Assembly (NCBI RefSeq): GCF_006345805.1
Contig: NC_043006.1
Span: 45,818,001-45,882,000 of the forward strand
Source of the DNA: Octopus sinensis
Lineage: Eukaryota
Direction of reading: 5' to 3'
Length of the DNA: 64,000 nt
Part shown: piece after piece, positions 48,136 through 62,704 of the stretch
Numbering within the stretch: position 1 is the first letter of the stretch
Layout: every line of letters starts with the position of its first letter
Notes under the pieces: generated by a model
Database searches by the model: none
Told to the model about the DNA's origin: nothing
The model's input: the letters and a program-made list of their open reading frames with translations, nothing else
Translations under genes and position numbers: made by a program

Positions 48136-48575
48136 TCATTTATATGTATTTAAACATATATGAATATAGATATATATACATACATACACATATATTCATT
48201 TATATGTATTTAAACATATTTATGTGAATATATGTATATATATGTACACACACATATTCATTTATGTGTATTTAAACATATTTATATGAATATATATATA
48301 CATATATACATACACTCACACACACACATACATATATTCATTTATATGTATTAAACATATATGAATATAGATATATATACATACATACACATATATTCAT
48401 TTATATGTATTTAAACATATTATGTGAATATATGTATATATATGTACACACACATATTCATTTATGTGTATTTAAACATATTTATATGAATATATATATA
48501 CATATATACATACACTCACACACACACACATACATATATTCATTTATATGTATTTAAACATATTTATATGAATAT
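48130..48575. repeat. AT-rich minisatellite with higher-order duplication
   Basis: Repeated atattcatttatatgtatttaaacatat units. Confidence 0.75.
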
Positions 48576-51500
48576 ATATATATTATAGGTATATTTATAT
48601 GTATATATATATCCTTATATATTTGTGTGTGTGTATAGTATATGTATGCTTACTTAATATGCACATACATGCAAACATACAACCTGCCACCATTCCAACC
48701 CCCACCCTCTCCAGTAGAATGAAGGAAAACATCTCTTTTGGCATTTTAGAATCAATGACTGTTATTTTTGTTCCTGTATTTTATCTTTTTTCAATTGTTT
48801 TTGTTGGTTTGTTTTTTTTTTGTGTGTACACTAGAAATCATTATTCACCATAATAATTTTGGTTTTTGCATCAGAAGAAACTGCATTTTTCTTAAAGCAT
48901 GTAAAATGATTACCGTTATTATTATTTCAAATTTTCCATTGTTATTGGTTCTTTTTGTTGTTTTTTTTTTGTCTGTCTTCAGAATATATCGTTTTCTAAA
49001 ATTTTATTTTCTGACTACATTTCTACATTCCACCTGTTAGTTTTTTTTATTTTTGTTCATTTCTTTTCTAATGATTATAACATTTACTACCAACACTCCA
49101 GTAAGTTACACTCCATTCCAATATTCCATTCTACTCTACTCCAATTCATTCCAAGTCACTGAGTGATTTTTTGAAATTTTTTCCCCATTCCAACTTTACA
49201 ATATATTTTAGCTGATCAATCCTGATCCATATACCTGTTTGTTGTGATATCCACACCGGATCCATTTTTCCTGCAAATTTAAGTCCATTTTCTATCTTCT
49301 TCTCTTCTCCTTTGTCTACCTACTTTAAGCATCTGCCATCATAGTATTTTATCTAGAAAAATATCCTTCCATACTGTGTACCATGTTATACATACTAACA
49401 TAAGTTTGCCTTCCTATAATCACAATGTAAATGAAATGTTTTGGACATTTGCAAAAAATTCAATTCATATTCATAAGTCTTTAAGTCTTAAAATCACACA
49501 CATATGCAAACCTTTGGCATCACACACACATACACACACACACACACATATGCAGCCATGTAAACCTTGTGTATATTTGTTTACAAACACATTAAAACTT
49601 ATTGTAACATTTTACACTGGTCCATCAACTGTATCACCTTCACACGCATTTTTTTTTATTTAGCAGTCTTTATCAAATTATTTTACTAGTCACCTTCTTT
49701 CAGGCTTTCTCCTTCTCCATTTGTTATTTTAATTCTAGCTTTCCAGTACACACGCACGCACACACACACACACATTCATACATACACTCGTGTGTTCATA
49801 GTATAATATATTTACAACATATATTCATGACAATGTACATAATATGCATGAAATAGAATAGTTTTTTTAAAGAGTAAGATTAAGGCATATTGTCTCACAT
49901 ACAATTTCAAAATACATATATGATCACTAAGTATATTTTTAATTTAATTTAATCTATTAATGCAGCTATGGTAAATTCTGTAATTCTGTACCCTAATAGA
50001 CAGGACTGCAGCAAAGGGCTAGTGCAAGTTATATTGCTCTTTGTAAGATGTTTGCATTTATACTCATGAAAGGAGAGACCTATATCCTTTGGTTCTTGAA
50101 AGCATTTTCATAAGTTTGTCCTAAACAGCCATGCTTGTTTTCAAACTTTTGGTTAGCCCTTCGTTTCATTCCTTCTGAGTAGTATAAAGCTTTCCTTTCA
50201 TAAGTCCCAAGTTACTTTGATGTTTGAAAACAAATTGGATAATACTGTATCATCTGCGATGCATGGATGCCAGGGAAAATATGTCTTGTGTATCATATGT
50301 AATCCACAGGACAGATAAAGGGTGAAATGGAAAATCCAGGAAAGTGAAGAAACCTATACGATTTGTTTCCCCATCTCCTTGATATTTGCCTTGTCCTGAC
50401 TATTCGATACAAACTGTATAGGAATGAAATGTAGTTGTCATTGTTTAAAAATTTTTCTTTTCTCTTTGTCAAGTTAGTTTTTGTTCCACACTGACAGATT
50501 TATACATGAAGAGTCTAACCTTTTGAGTGAGATTTGCCAGTTAAACTATAGGCAAGTCTGAAGGATCTCCTAAAAGTAGTTTGCAGCATTTAATTCTTTC
50601 CCTTATAATACAACATCCCATTTATATTAACTGTTATTTAATCTCCTACTAAATAGTAAGACTTACATACATAATCCTTCACATTGGTTTTTACGTATTT
50701 CTTCGTCTTTTCAATTTGTTTAAAGATTACAAGAGTGACACTAACAAATATATTGATCCTTCATCACCCCCCTCCCATGCATTGACTAACTGTTCATTGT
50801 TATATAAACTGTCAACAGACAGACAGTTTCATCAAAATATCAAAGTTCTTTAGACAACAGACATGCTGTTTCATCAAACATTCATTGTCTGAGGTTGTTT
50901 TTTTTTTTTGTTTTAGCCCGTGTGTGTGTGTGTGTGTGTGTGTGTCTGAGAGAGAAGGAATTAAGAGTGTCTGCATATGTGTATGTGTGTGCATGTCTCG
51001 TGTTTTTTTTTTTATTCACTTTCCACATTCCACATCCATTCTAACAAAACGAAAGACCAAGATAAACAAAAAAAAAAAACAAAACAAATGTCTTTTTTTT
51101 TTTTCTGGGGAGATTTTTGTGTTTTTTTAATATTTTTAAAAAAAGATTTTGTGTTATATACATTTTTTTTTTAATTAAAAGCATTATCAAAATAAACTTG
51201 TGCAATTTACAAATAAAATAATAATCAATGAAAAATTTGGATATTAATAATCTGCTTGTATTCAAGTTACTGTTTTTTTTTTTGTTTTTTTTTTCCTTTT
51301 TCTTACCCCATTCTTTTCCTTTCCAAATCACCATCACCACTTTCACTTTCATATTTTAGTAATTGCATTCGTATTGCGAGAAAGTTGAGTTTGCATTCAT
51401 TTAAAAAAAAAAAAAGCAAGAAAAGAAAGAAGGAAGAAAGAACATTTTTTTTTATCTAAGAGAATTTAGATGAGCACAAGATTGTTTGTTTGTTTGTTTG

Positions 51501-52196
51501 TTTGTTTGTTCATTTATGTGTAAAAAGAAAAACAAAAAAAAATGGCATGCTATGCTCTCTTTTGTGGAGAGAGTGACAACAGCAAGTCTTTTGTCTTGAT
51601 TTACATATCTGTACCAGAATACGAAAGAAGAAAGAGACAAGACCAAAAAAAAAAAATATCCCACAAAACTCCTCCAATTTGAACTATTTTGTTAGTTCTA
51701 TACATGCTTGCAGAGGCATTGATATATATATATATATATATAACAAATGTATGTATGTATTGTTTCTGTTATTTTTTTTACTGTTATCTGTCTGCTAGTG
51801 CCTGGAATAATTACATTAATATTTGAGCCCAGTTTTTATTTTCTGTTATGTTGCTTTTTCACACCAGCTTTGGAGAATGGTGGAATATTATCCCTAAACT
51901 CCTACTTTATTATTATCATTATTATTATTGGGATTGATATAATTGGCTATTCCCCTTGCCTGTCAATTTTTCTGGCCTTATACCTATATGTAGAATATTA
52001 TTAGGATTAAAGGCAGTGGAGCTTACTGGGGGGAGAAAATGCTTAGGTTTATGCTTCTGGGTTTATGTTCCACAGTTCAAATACTGCCAGATTGACTTTG
52101 CCTTTTCATCTTTTACCAATTGAGCACAGGGATCAATGTAATCAACTGCCCCCCCCCCTCAAAATTACTGGCCTCATGCCCAAATTAGAAAGAATG

Positions 52197-52238
<42 letters not shown>

Positions 52239-53121
52239 TGGTGGATTGACAGAATTGTTAGAGCTCCAGACAAAATCCCATTGCAGTATTTGTCTTGGCT
52301 CTTCACATTCTGAGTTCAAATGCCACTGAGATTGACTTTGCCTTTCCAGGATTGATAAAATAAAGTACCATTCGAGTACTAGGTGACCTTATCTCTCAAG
52401 TTTCAAGCCTTTTACTTATCAATGTAAGAAACATCATAATTGTAGATTGGCTGAATTATTAGAGCATTGCCAGGTAGTAATTTGCTTTGGTACTCTACCT
52501 TCTGAGTTCAAATCCCATCTAGGTTGACTTTGCCTTTCATCTTTCCAGGGTTGATAAAATAAAGTACCAGTCACATATTGGGGGTGATTTAATTGGCTAA
52601 CCCTTTCCCTGGATTTCAGGTATTGTGCCTATGTAAGAAATTGGGGGTTTTTAGACTAAAGTACTGATCAAGTACCAAGGTCGATATAACTGACTGACCC
52701 CACCCCTCAAAATGGTGAGCTGGCAGAACTGTTAAGAGTACCAGAAGAAGTGCTTTGTGGTATTTCTTCTGATTCATTACATTCTGAATAAAAATTCTGC
52801 CGCGATCAACTTTTCCTTTCATCCTTAACGAGGTTGATAAAATAAGTACTAGTGGGGCAATGGGGGTCATTGCAATTGACTAATCCGCTCCCCTTTAAAA
52901 CTGCAGGCCTCGTGCCAAAACTAGAAAGAATAATTTTTATTTATTATAAGTAAATTGGCCATTTCGTCTCAATCTTCTATGTTAATTTGAGACATCTGTG
53001 TGTACATGTATGTATATATGTATGTGTGTGTGTGTGTGTATGTATGAGAAATTTGTGAGAAATTCCAGTAAATATTCTATCCAGATTCCCTCCACCACCA
53101 TCACTAGCATCACCTAATTCA

Positions 53122-53161
<40 letters not shown>

Positions 53162-53933
53162 TAGACACAATGGCACCAATGGTGATGATAATGAATGATA
53201 TTACCAAGTTTGTTGCAGACATTTTTGAACCAGTGTTTGTTTGACTGGAATTGCTTCTGCAAATTTTTACCTTACATTAGAAACATAATCCTTTTGATTC
53301 CAAGATTCACCATATTGTATATTTCCTGACAATTGATAAATATTGTTTCAGAAAACAAAAACAAAACAAAGTTAAAAAAAAAAAAAATCAATTAACTCCA
53401 TCCTTAATTAATCATTAATATTAAACATTTGATTTCCACCACACCTGTTTTTTTTTTAATTTTAACATTTTTTTTCATTTGTAATTTTTTTTAAGAATGG
53501 TAAAAATATAACACCCCCCTCCCTAAGCAAAAAAAAATGTGTCTTGAAATCTAACAAAAAAAAACTACAACAAAAACCACAATCTCTTTTATATATATTA
53601 AAAAAAAATGGTGCCTTTTTTTCTCTCTCCTTTTTTTATGAAAATGAAATGTTTTTTGATGTTCTTTTTTTCTGTTATTTTGAAAAAAAAAACTTTTTAA
53701 AGAAAAAAACAAAGACAATAACAACCTTGTCCATTACTTAACTTGGCTGCCTTAGAAATTTTTTTCTTTTTTTTTTTTTGCCTTCATTCCAATTGACTCT
53801 CAGAATAACCACAACTTGTTGGCTTTAAAAATAAATTCTACCACATTCCTGGTTCCGGTTCCTGTATATTTCTTCAAACATCATTCTAAAGTTCTTTGTT
53901 TTACAGATTGTTTTCTTTCTTTTTTTTTTTGTA

Positions 53934-53975
<42 letters not shown>

Positions 53976-54236
53976 CCTTCTGTATTTCTCCTGCCTCCAT
54001 CTGACTCATCTTTCTCATTCTCTCTTTCTTTCTTTCTCTCTCTCTCTCTCTCTCTCCCCCCATTTTTGGAAATAGAAATCAGTCAGGAAAAATAAAAGAA
54101 AAAAACAATAGCTTTTAAAAAAAAAACTTTTGAAATTAACCCCCGTGTTCCAGTCAGTACCTTTCTCTGTATTCATTTACCTTTCGTAATTGTTTTATTT
54201 ATTATTTAATTTGGGTGGGGCTGGGCAGAGTGTGTG

Positions 54237-54490
54237 GAGGCACGTGGCATAGTGGTTAGGGTGTCAGCACCATGACTGTAAGATTGTGGTTTCGATTCCT
54301 GGACTGGGTGACGTGTTGTGTTCTTGAGCAAAACACTTCATTTTACGTTGCTCCAGTCCACTCAGCTGGCAAAAATAAGTAACACTGCGATGGACTGGTG
54401 TCCCGTCCAGCTGGGGAACACATACGCCATAGAAACCAGGAAACCGGGCCCATGAGCCTGGCTAGGCTTTAAAAAGGGCGCATTTATTAT
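54237..54490 (+). mobile_element. tRNA-derived SINE family C (CORE-like plus V-domain-like body)
   Basis: A box tggcatagtgg, B box gtttcgattcc, tgtgttcttgagcaaaacactt and tgcgatggactgg..cccgtccag. Confidence 0.8.
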
Positions 54491-55109
54491 TTTTTTTTAT
54501 TTTGGGCAGAGTGTATGGTAGAGGGGGAATTGCTTTCATATCATTGCCACATTTAAATACTGTCTTTACATAAACAAATAGAAAGAAAAACCTCAATTTA
54601 CTTATGACCAATATAATCCAGCACTTCTCCCCCACCTCCTGCAAATGTCTTCAACACAAACATCAAAATTAACTCATGTTTTCAGCATAATTCTTTTTTC
54701 TTTTTTTTTTGTCCTGTCCCAATCAGATTTGAAAATTTATACCTTGTTGATTAATTAATTAATTAAATTGTAAATGATTGCTTTGGCATGGTTTGCAAGA
54801 AATAAACAATGAAAATAAAAAGGAATAGTTGCAAAAATATGCAACACCCTACAAAATTGTCACTCTAAAATTACATCTAGATGACCTTACAAATTACTAT
54901 TGCAGTATTTAGTAATGGATCTCTAGGGTTTGAGTTCAAATCCTGCTTGGATTAACTTTGCTTTTCATCCTTCCAGGGTCGATAATGTGACATATCAGTC
55001 AGGTATTAAAAGGTTAGAGTTAGGGTTATTTTTGCATTTGGCAACCCATCATAGGTGATGACAGTGTTGATCCAAGACATTGATCTTCCTCTTTTGCCTC
55101 CAGGACATT

Positions 55110-55600
55110 ATTTCTCATGAGAGCGGGCATAGCTGACAAGTCTGATGTGAAAGAGGCAGATCCTGTGGCACTGAGGACACTTGAAGTGACCCCCGAACAA
55201 CAGCCACAGGGGGTTGATAATGATGTCTTTTCCTCTCTTCATGCAGTCTCCTGCATTCAATCTCGAAGTGCTCTACTCCAACATCACACAGGGACCTCCA
55301 TGCCTTCTGATTAGCAGCCAGGATTTCAAACTGATTGGGAAGAACCCCATATAAAATAAGAGCCTGCTTGAGATGATCATGAAAATGAAGTTTTGGACAT
55401 TCATGAGGTTTATTTCCAGTCTCGATCTTACTAAAGATTACCATCTTTGGGAGCCAGTTATCCAGCATCCAAATCCCACGGCCAACCCAGTAGAAAACAA
55501 CAAAGGATGCAGGCCTCAACACTGTAGATCCCAGCTCTCAGGACAATTTTTGTACGAGGCACATTGACCTTCCTCATGAGACCAAAAATGTCAAAATGAT
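55110..55600 (-). pseudogene. RTE-clade LINE 3' fragment
   Basis: Peptide LPKMVIFSKIETG...KLHFHDHLKQAL...FEILAANQKAWRSL...EHFE matches the RTE C-terminal pattern; frameshifted into a C-terminal Cys/His remnant. Confidence 0.75.
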
Positions 55601-55869
55601 TTTATACCCTTCCCAAAATATCAGCACCTACTGAAAGAAAGAATTTTAGAAGTAAAATGAAAGGATGATGTATTGGCAGAATTTTAAGAGTGTTAAGCAA
55701 AATACCTTGCAGGTTTTTATTCAAGCATTCTGAGTTCAAATCTCATAACAGTCAACTTTGTCTTTCAACCATCCAGGGTTGATAAAGTAATGTACCAGTC
55801 AAATACTGGGGTTAATAGTATCAAATCTGTGGCTGGACAGTGGTTTGATTGATTTATGTAGCACTCATT

Positions 55870-56620
55870 AGTGTAACCAAGATTACTTAGCTAGATTTTG
55901 CTGTTGAAGTGGTTATTCTTGCTGAGGTCTCTGGAATTCTTAAGGAGTACTTTTGTTCACCAAGTGAGGAAGCAGAACCACTTAGCCTTGGAGGTTCTTG
56001 GGTCAAGACAAATATCCAGCCTTTCATTGGCTTCACAAAGGACTCCACCTCATCTGTCTCTGTTGCAGGTGAAAATGTTGAAATTGTTGGTCACTTCACT
56101 CATCTCAGCAGTATGATCCATAACAGCATTAGCTGCCCATCCAAAGACTTGGGCACAATAGTGTAGTTGTGGACTCACTGGACAAGGGTACCGATATCTG
56201 AACATGAGAACAAAGGTTTGGATCTTCAGATATCTGGTCTTTGTCTTGATCTACAGCTGCAAGACTTGGACACTGTCCAGGGCCTTTAGGAGCCACCTAA
56301 ACTCCTTTGGTACCTAGATGCTTTGGATGTACCATCGTTCAGGTTTTATACCCAACCAATGACTATACTCATGGACTGGAATGTGTTCTGTAACTCCTAT
56401 GCTTCAGGAAATCAGTTTAAACTGTTTGGCCATGTTTGATTTTTCTGAGTTGGATCATGTTCTCTTCTTTGAGGATCTGGCAGGAGTGATGGGGTTTGTA
56501 CTGGTCTGTCACAGCAGATGAGGAAGTATCTTTCAGAAATGGGAATTGACTGAGACACTGCGTGGAGGGTCACCTGGGACAACCCTAGCAAACACAGCAA
56601 AGCACTGCAATGGTGCAAGC
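55870..56620 (+). pseudogene. RTE-clade LINE reverse-transcriptase fragment
   Basis: LDFAVEVVILAE...SEEAEPLSLGGSWVKTNIQ...VSVAGENVEIVGHFTHLSS is a decayed DFADD...KTK...FTYLGS region; stops and frameshifts downstream. Confidence 0.75.
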
Positions 56621-56916
56621 TCTCATACCTGAGCTGACCTATGTCAGTATGGCCGGACAGTGGACAGGCAAAAATTATTAGAGTATACTGAAGAAAATGG
56701 CTCTCACTATGAGATACAGCTGCTTATATTTTGAGTTCAAATATTGAAAAGGTTAATTTTATTCTTCAACCTTCTGGGTCAATAAACTAAAGTGCTAGTC
56801 CTGTACTGTTCCTTCCCCACAAGCATGTCTGAGTTGGTGCCATTGTTGGAAATCATCATCATGATCAAACATAACATCAAGGAACTGGAGAACTTGTTTT
56901 GAAGCAGGCAATTTAA

Positions 56917-57137
56917 CCCTTTTGTTACTGTATTTATTTTGAGATGCTCTGTGTTTCTTTCAATTATTTTAAATATAACAAAGAATTTAGTAAATTAACT
57001 TTGTTATCATTAAGCTAGTGTTAGGAACACAAATTTTAACTAAGATTTGGAGGAAGATTTGAATTCAAAACTTATGAAAACAAGACATTTATACTAAAGA
57101 GCCAGAGCCGGTTTCAGCCGGGTTGGTAATGAAAGGG
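56917..57137. mobile_element. piggyBac-type MITE
   Basis: TTAA on both sides; ends cccttttgttac / gtaatgaaaggg. Confidence 0.75.
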
Positions 57138-57901
57138 TTAAAAAAAAACGGAATAGAGCATTGTAGGCGAGATTCTGTTAATATGTCTGTCATTAACATA
57201 ATTTGTTTTATATATATATATATATATCATCATCATCATCATCATCGTTTAACATCTGTTTTCCATGCTGGCATAGGTTGGATAGTTTGACTGGGGACTG
57301 GCAAGCCAAGATGCCACATCAGGCTCCAATCTGATCTGGCAATGTTTCTACAGCTTGATGCCCTTCCTAACGCCAACCACTCTGAGAGTGTAGTGGGTGC
57401 TTTTTATGTGCCACCAGCTGGGAGCCAGTCAGGCAATACTGGCATCGGCCACATCCGGATGCTGCTAAGGGCATCCAGCTGTAGAAAAACTGCCTAACAA
57501 ACTGATCTATGCATGAGAAAGTAGATGTTAGGTGATGATGTTGATATAGATGGTGTTAGGAGTGGCATTTTGGGGTTATAAAAGACATCCAACTGAGGAA
57601 CCTTATATGTGTGTGTTTGTGTTTCCTTGTCATGACATGGCAGTGTCATTCATCTCCAATATTCTATGAGAACATGTCTAGCTACAAGAAAATATCACCT
57701 TGCTTAGAAACAGGTGAGTATTGGTGATAGAAAATCTACCTCAGCAAACTCAGTTCAACCCATGCTAGCATGGAAAAGTGGACATTAAAACAATGATGAG
57801 GACATATATGGCACTGAAATAAGTATTTAGCATGTTGAAAAGCTGGGAAAATATGGGACAATCAAGTCTATAGCATACATGTTTTATATATATATATACA
57901 T

Positions 57902-58248
57902 AACCACATGGTTCCGGGTTCAGTTCCACTGCGTAGCACCTTGGGCAAGTGTCTTCTACTATAGCCTCGGGCCAACCAAAGCCTAGTGAGTGGATTTGGT
58001 AGATGGAAACTGAAAGAAGCCCGTTGTATATATGTATGTGTGTGTATGTTTGTGTGTCTGTGTTTGACCCCCCCAACATCGCTTGACAACCGACGGTGGT
58101 GTGCTTATGTCCCCGTAACTTAGCAGTTCAGCAAAAGAGACCGATAGAATAAGTACTGGGCTTACAAAGAATAAGTCCTGGGGTCGATTTGCTCAATCGA
58201 CTAAAAGTGGTGCTCCAGCATGGCCACAGTCAAATGACTGAAAAGAGT
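57902..58248 (+). mobile_element. SINE family A copy (5' truncated)
   Basis: Matches the family A consensus from aaccacatggttccggg to cagtcaaatgactgaa. Confidence 0.8.
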
Positions 58249-58641
58249 ATATTTGGCCGTCCCAAATTACCCCAGTTTTCAATATGCTAAATCCTTATTA
58301 TTTCAATGTATTTTGTTTTATATACTAAAATTAAGAAAAATTAATTAAGTGCCCTGTAATGATGCTCTGTCACTGATTTTGGTGATGTTGCTACTAGGCT
58401 GAAGATTATCCCAGATTAGAACTATGGTCAATCCATGAATATCTAATCAATTTATATAGATTACATGATTACAAGTCTTTTCATTTAGATGCCAAGATTA
58501 CATTGATCAATTTTTTCTTCGTTTTCATTGTTTTAAGTGTGTGGTTTAACATTGCAACTGACCAAATCATTTTCATAAATTTGTTCTAAACATCCATACT
58601 TGTTTCCACACTTTTAGTTAACCCTTGTCTAATAAGTTCTG

Positions 58642-58950
58642 GGAGGCACAATGGCCCAGTGGTTAGGGCAGTGGACTCGCGGTCGGAGGATTGCGGTTTC
58701 AATTCCCAGACTGGGGGTTGTGTGTGTTTATTGAGCGAAAACATCTAAAGCTACACGAGGCTCCGGCAGGGGGTGGTGGTGACCCCTGTTGTACTCTTTC
58801 GCCCCCAACTTTCTCTCACTCTTTCCTCCTGTTTCTTGGGTAACGCTGCAAGAGACTGGCGTCCTGTCCAGCTGGGGGGAACACATACGCCATAGAAACT
58901 GGGAAACCGGGCCCATGAGCCTGGCTAGGCTTGAAAAGGGCACATTAAAA
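58642..58950 (+). mobile_element. SINE family C variant
   Basis: tRNA-like head; shares the 3' ccagctgggg..aacacatacgccatagaaac...ctggctaggc. Confidence 0.75.
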
Positions 58951-59207
58951 AAAAGATAATAAGTTCTGAGTAACATAAAGCTTTTCTTTCATAAGTCTCT
59001 AGTTACTCTAGTGATTGTATATAGCTGAAAATGTGTATCATATACAATGCATGAACACCAAGAAAATGTGCCATGTATCACGTGATACACAGAGACAATG
59101 TGTTAAGAGGAATTTGGTTATTTCTAATTGATTAAGATAAAATCTATGCAGTTGTGACATGTAATAGTAAGTCTTTTAGTAATTCTGTTATACTAGTAAG
59201 AATGGAG

Positions 59208-59460
59208 AGGAGGCACGTGGCTTAGTGGTTAGGGTGTCAGCATCATGATCGTAAGATTGTGGTTTCGATTCCTGGACCAGGTGACGTGTTGCATTCTTGA
59301 GCAAAACACTTCATTTCACGTTGCTACAGTCTACTCAGCTGGCAAAAATGAGTAACGCTGCGATGGACTGGCGTCCCGTCCAGCTGGGGAACACATACAC
59401 CATAGAAACCGGGAAACCAGGCCCATGAGCCTGGCTAGACTTTAAAAGGGCACATTTGTT
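59208..59460 (+). mobile_element. SINE family C copy
   Basis: Highly similar to 54237-54490. Confidence 0.8.
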
Positions 59461-60074
59461 ATTATTATTATTATTTTTAGTAGTAGTAGTAGTAGTAGTA
59501 AGAATGGACTAGCATTATTCACAACTGGAATTACTTGAAGCCCAAGATGATATGCACAATAATTTATTTATATTGCTTTTAGATTTAACTTGCATCAACC
59601 AGAAATTTTCCATTTTATTAAGTCCATAATAGAACAGGTAAGCAGAGAGAAGAAATGAACTATCCAGCAAGGTGCCATTCTGATTTATTATACTGATTGA
59701 TGAAAGAAGAGGGTTAGTATTTTCCCCTTTCTGCATCTTTCTCACCTCCTTTTTTTCCCTTTTCAGTTCACTTGTGTTGTCCTTATGGTCAGTGTATTCA
59801 AATGGGCAATTAGTATAAAATTAGTGAAATGAAGTCTTTGTCATCATTTTAATGCTTGGATTTGGTAGAGTTTATTGAGGAAGATTCTCTACTGACAGAT
59901 ACTCTTCTTGTCATCATCATCACCATCATATAACAGCTGCCTTCCATAGGTTGGATGGTTTGACAGAAGCTGGTAAACCCAAGGACTGCACCAGATTCCA
60001 CTGTCTTGTTTTGGCATGGATTTTACAGAGTGTCACTGGGACATTTGGCAAAAATGACCAGATCTGTGGAGCAT

Positions 60075-60465
60075 GAAGAATTGGATCCTTCACAAGGACG
60101 ATGTACTCTGTCACTGAGCTCTTCTCATTCATGAGTTTCTCACCAAAAACAAGATGGTTTCACTTCCGTATCCTCCTTAGCCACAAGATTTAGCATCTGT
60201 GGACTTCCATCTCTTTCCCAAGATGATGATGCAGCTCAAAGGTCACCATTTTAACACTGTTGTCAGCATCCAGAGCAAATTGCTGAAGGTCCTTGAGTCA
60301 CGGAAAATGACTTCCAGGCTGGATTCCAAAAGTGGCAGGGATGCTGGGACTGGTGTATTGCTGTGCAAGGTGACTATTTCAAAGGAGGCAATGTTAAAAC
60401 TTAGGGAAATAAATTGTCTTTTATTAAGCATAACTAGTCCAGGAATCTTTTGCTACCACCTTGTA
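60075..60465 (+). pseudogene. Mariner transposase C-terminal relic
   Basis: FLTKNKMVSLPYPP*PQDLASVDFHLFPKM..QLKGHHF (YSPDLAPxDF motif) and ENDFQAGFQKWQGCWDWCIAVQGDYF, ending in a TIR-like ...ccaccttgta. Confidence 0.8.
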
Positions 60466-60820
60466 AAGGTTAAAATGAGAGATTTCACAGAACAAGAGAC
60501 AAAGAGGTATCCGTGCCAGCATGGAAATGGTAAATGGATAATCTAAATCAGTGCAGTCTAATTTTTTTTGCGCCCTTACACATCTTTGGATGAGTTCTTT
60601 GCTCTTCTATTTGTTTCAATCATTAGACTGTGACCATGCTGGGGCACTGTATTGAGGTGTTTAGTAAAAAAAAAAAAATTGACCGAAGTGCTTATTTTTT
60701 AAGTCTTTGATGAATGCCTAGTTATGGGGATGTAAACAAACCAACAGCTATTAAGTGGTGTGGGACAGAAACATGAAGACACACACATGCACACGGACAG
60801 AAACACGTGTGTATGTGTGT

Positions 60821-60982
60821 GTGGCTGTGTGGTAAGTAGCTTGCTAACCAACCACATGGTTCCGGGTTCAGTCCCACTGCGTGGCACCTCGGGCAAGTGT
60901 CTTCTGCTATAGCCCTGGGCCGACCAATGCCTTGTGAGTGGATTTGGTAGACGGAAACTGAAAGAAGCCTGTCGTATATATG

Positions 60983-61013
<31 letters not shown>

Positions 61014-61228
61014 TTGTGTGTCTGTGTTTGTCCCCCTAGCATTGCTTGACAACCGATGCTGGTGTGTTTACGTCCCCGTCACCTAGCGGTTCGGCAAAAG
61101 AGACCGATAGAATAAGTACTGGGCTTACAAAGAATAAGTCCCGGGGTCGATTTGCTCGACTAAAGACGGTGCTCCAGCATGGCCGCAGTCAAATGACTGA
61201 AACAAGTAAAAGAGTAAAGAGAGTAAAG
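60821..61228 (+). mobile_element. SINE family A copy (young, near consensus)
   Basis: Retains CpGs; complete head, body and tail. Confidence 0.85.
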
Positions 61229-61318
61229 AGACATACGTAAACACCCAAGATCGGTTGTCAAGTGATGGTGGGGGGAAAACACAGACATACAAACATATAT
61301 AAATATATATATATATAT

Positions 61319-61700
61319 GGCACAGGAGTGGCTGTGTGGTAAGTAATTGCTTACCAACTACATGGTCCTGAGTTCAGTCCCACTGCATAGCATCTTGAAC
61401 AAGTGTCTTCAATTATAGCATTGGGCCTACCAAAGCTTTGTGAGTGGATTTGGTAGATGGAAACTGAAAGAAGTCTGTCATATATATATATTTATATGTT
61501 TGTGTGTCTGTGTTTTTCCCCCCCACTATCACTTGACAACCGATCTTGGTGTGTTTACATTCCCCATAACTTAGTGGTTCGGCAAAAGAAACCGATAGTA
61601 TAAGTACTAGGCTTACAAAAGAATAAGTCCTGGGGTTGATTTGTTCGACTAAAGGCAGTGCTCCAGCATGGCCACAGTCAAATGACTGAACATATAAAAG
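61319..61700 (+). mobile_element. SINE family A copy
   Basis: Complete head-to-tail match. Confidence 0.8.
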
Positions 61701-62704
61701 AATATATGAGTGTGTGTATGTGTATATACATATGCGTGTGTGTATGTCCTTGTGTTTGTGTCCCCCACCACATCCAAAACAAGTTCAGTGTCCTGTCAGC
61801 TATGCCAAACTGCCAAATATCCAAACAACTGCACCCAGTCCACCCACTCTGCCTGGGAATGTGGTCTTTTAAACATAGCTTTGGATGAAGATCAACTCAA
61901 GTCTGGAGACTGAAACTGGGCAGATGGAAATCATTTGGAAGCCTATTGGATGGATTGAATCTGTTATTCAAAGAGCTAGCTCTGTCATGTATGGTCATAA
62001 CTGATTCTGTCCGTTAAGGGCTGTGGAAAATTCACTCTTTTGTTCACTAATTCAGTAGAGGTGCATGGCCTAGTTGTTAGGGTTTTGCCCTCATGATTGA
62101 AAGCTCACAGTTTCAATTCCTGGAGCAGGTAGTGCATTGTGTTCTTGAGAAAAACACTTTGTTTTATGCTGCTCATGTCCACTCAGCTATAAATGAGCAA
62201 GCCTGCAATAAAATAGTGTTCCATTCAATGGTACTAGTTGAAAACCAACTTTATAACTACTAGGACTCGAGGCTGTAAGATCTAGTTGATGTTTACACTA
62301 ATCCAAAATATCCTGGTACTAGGAACAGGTGGTTGGAATGCCAAAAGAAAGGATTGTGAGTCAGATTCTTCAAGTAGGGCCAAATGGGCAGGAGGCAGAC
62401 CACAAGTGAGATGGCTAGAAGGCATTGCTCTGTGGTGAGAAGTTTGATTCCCAGTCACATAGTTTTGGGATCAATCTGACTGTGTAGCACCTTGGGAAAG
62501 TATATTCTACTATAACCTCAAACTGACCAAGCCCTTGTGAGTAGGTTTTGTATGTGAAAACTGAAAGAAACCTGTCATGTATGTGTTTCCCCCCTGCCCC
62601 CACTGACTGCTTGACAACTGGTGTTAGTGTGTTTACATCCCTGTAACCTAGCAGTTCAGCAAAAGACACCGATAGAATAAGTACCAGGCTTTAAAAAACA
62701 CCAT

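Noticed and set aside
50120-50330. Possible reverse-transcriptase relic (IADDT on the minus strand; similar sequence at about 58975-59090)
   Set aside because: Too decayed to assign to a family without a profile search.
54237-54310. tRNA gene
   Set aside because: A/B boxes run straight into a repeated SINE body; no complete cloverleaf.
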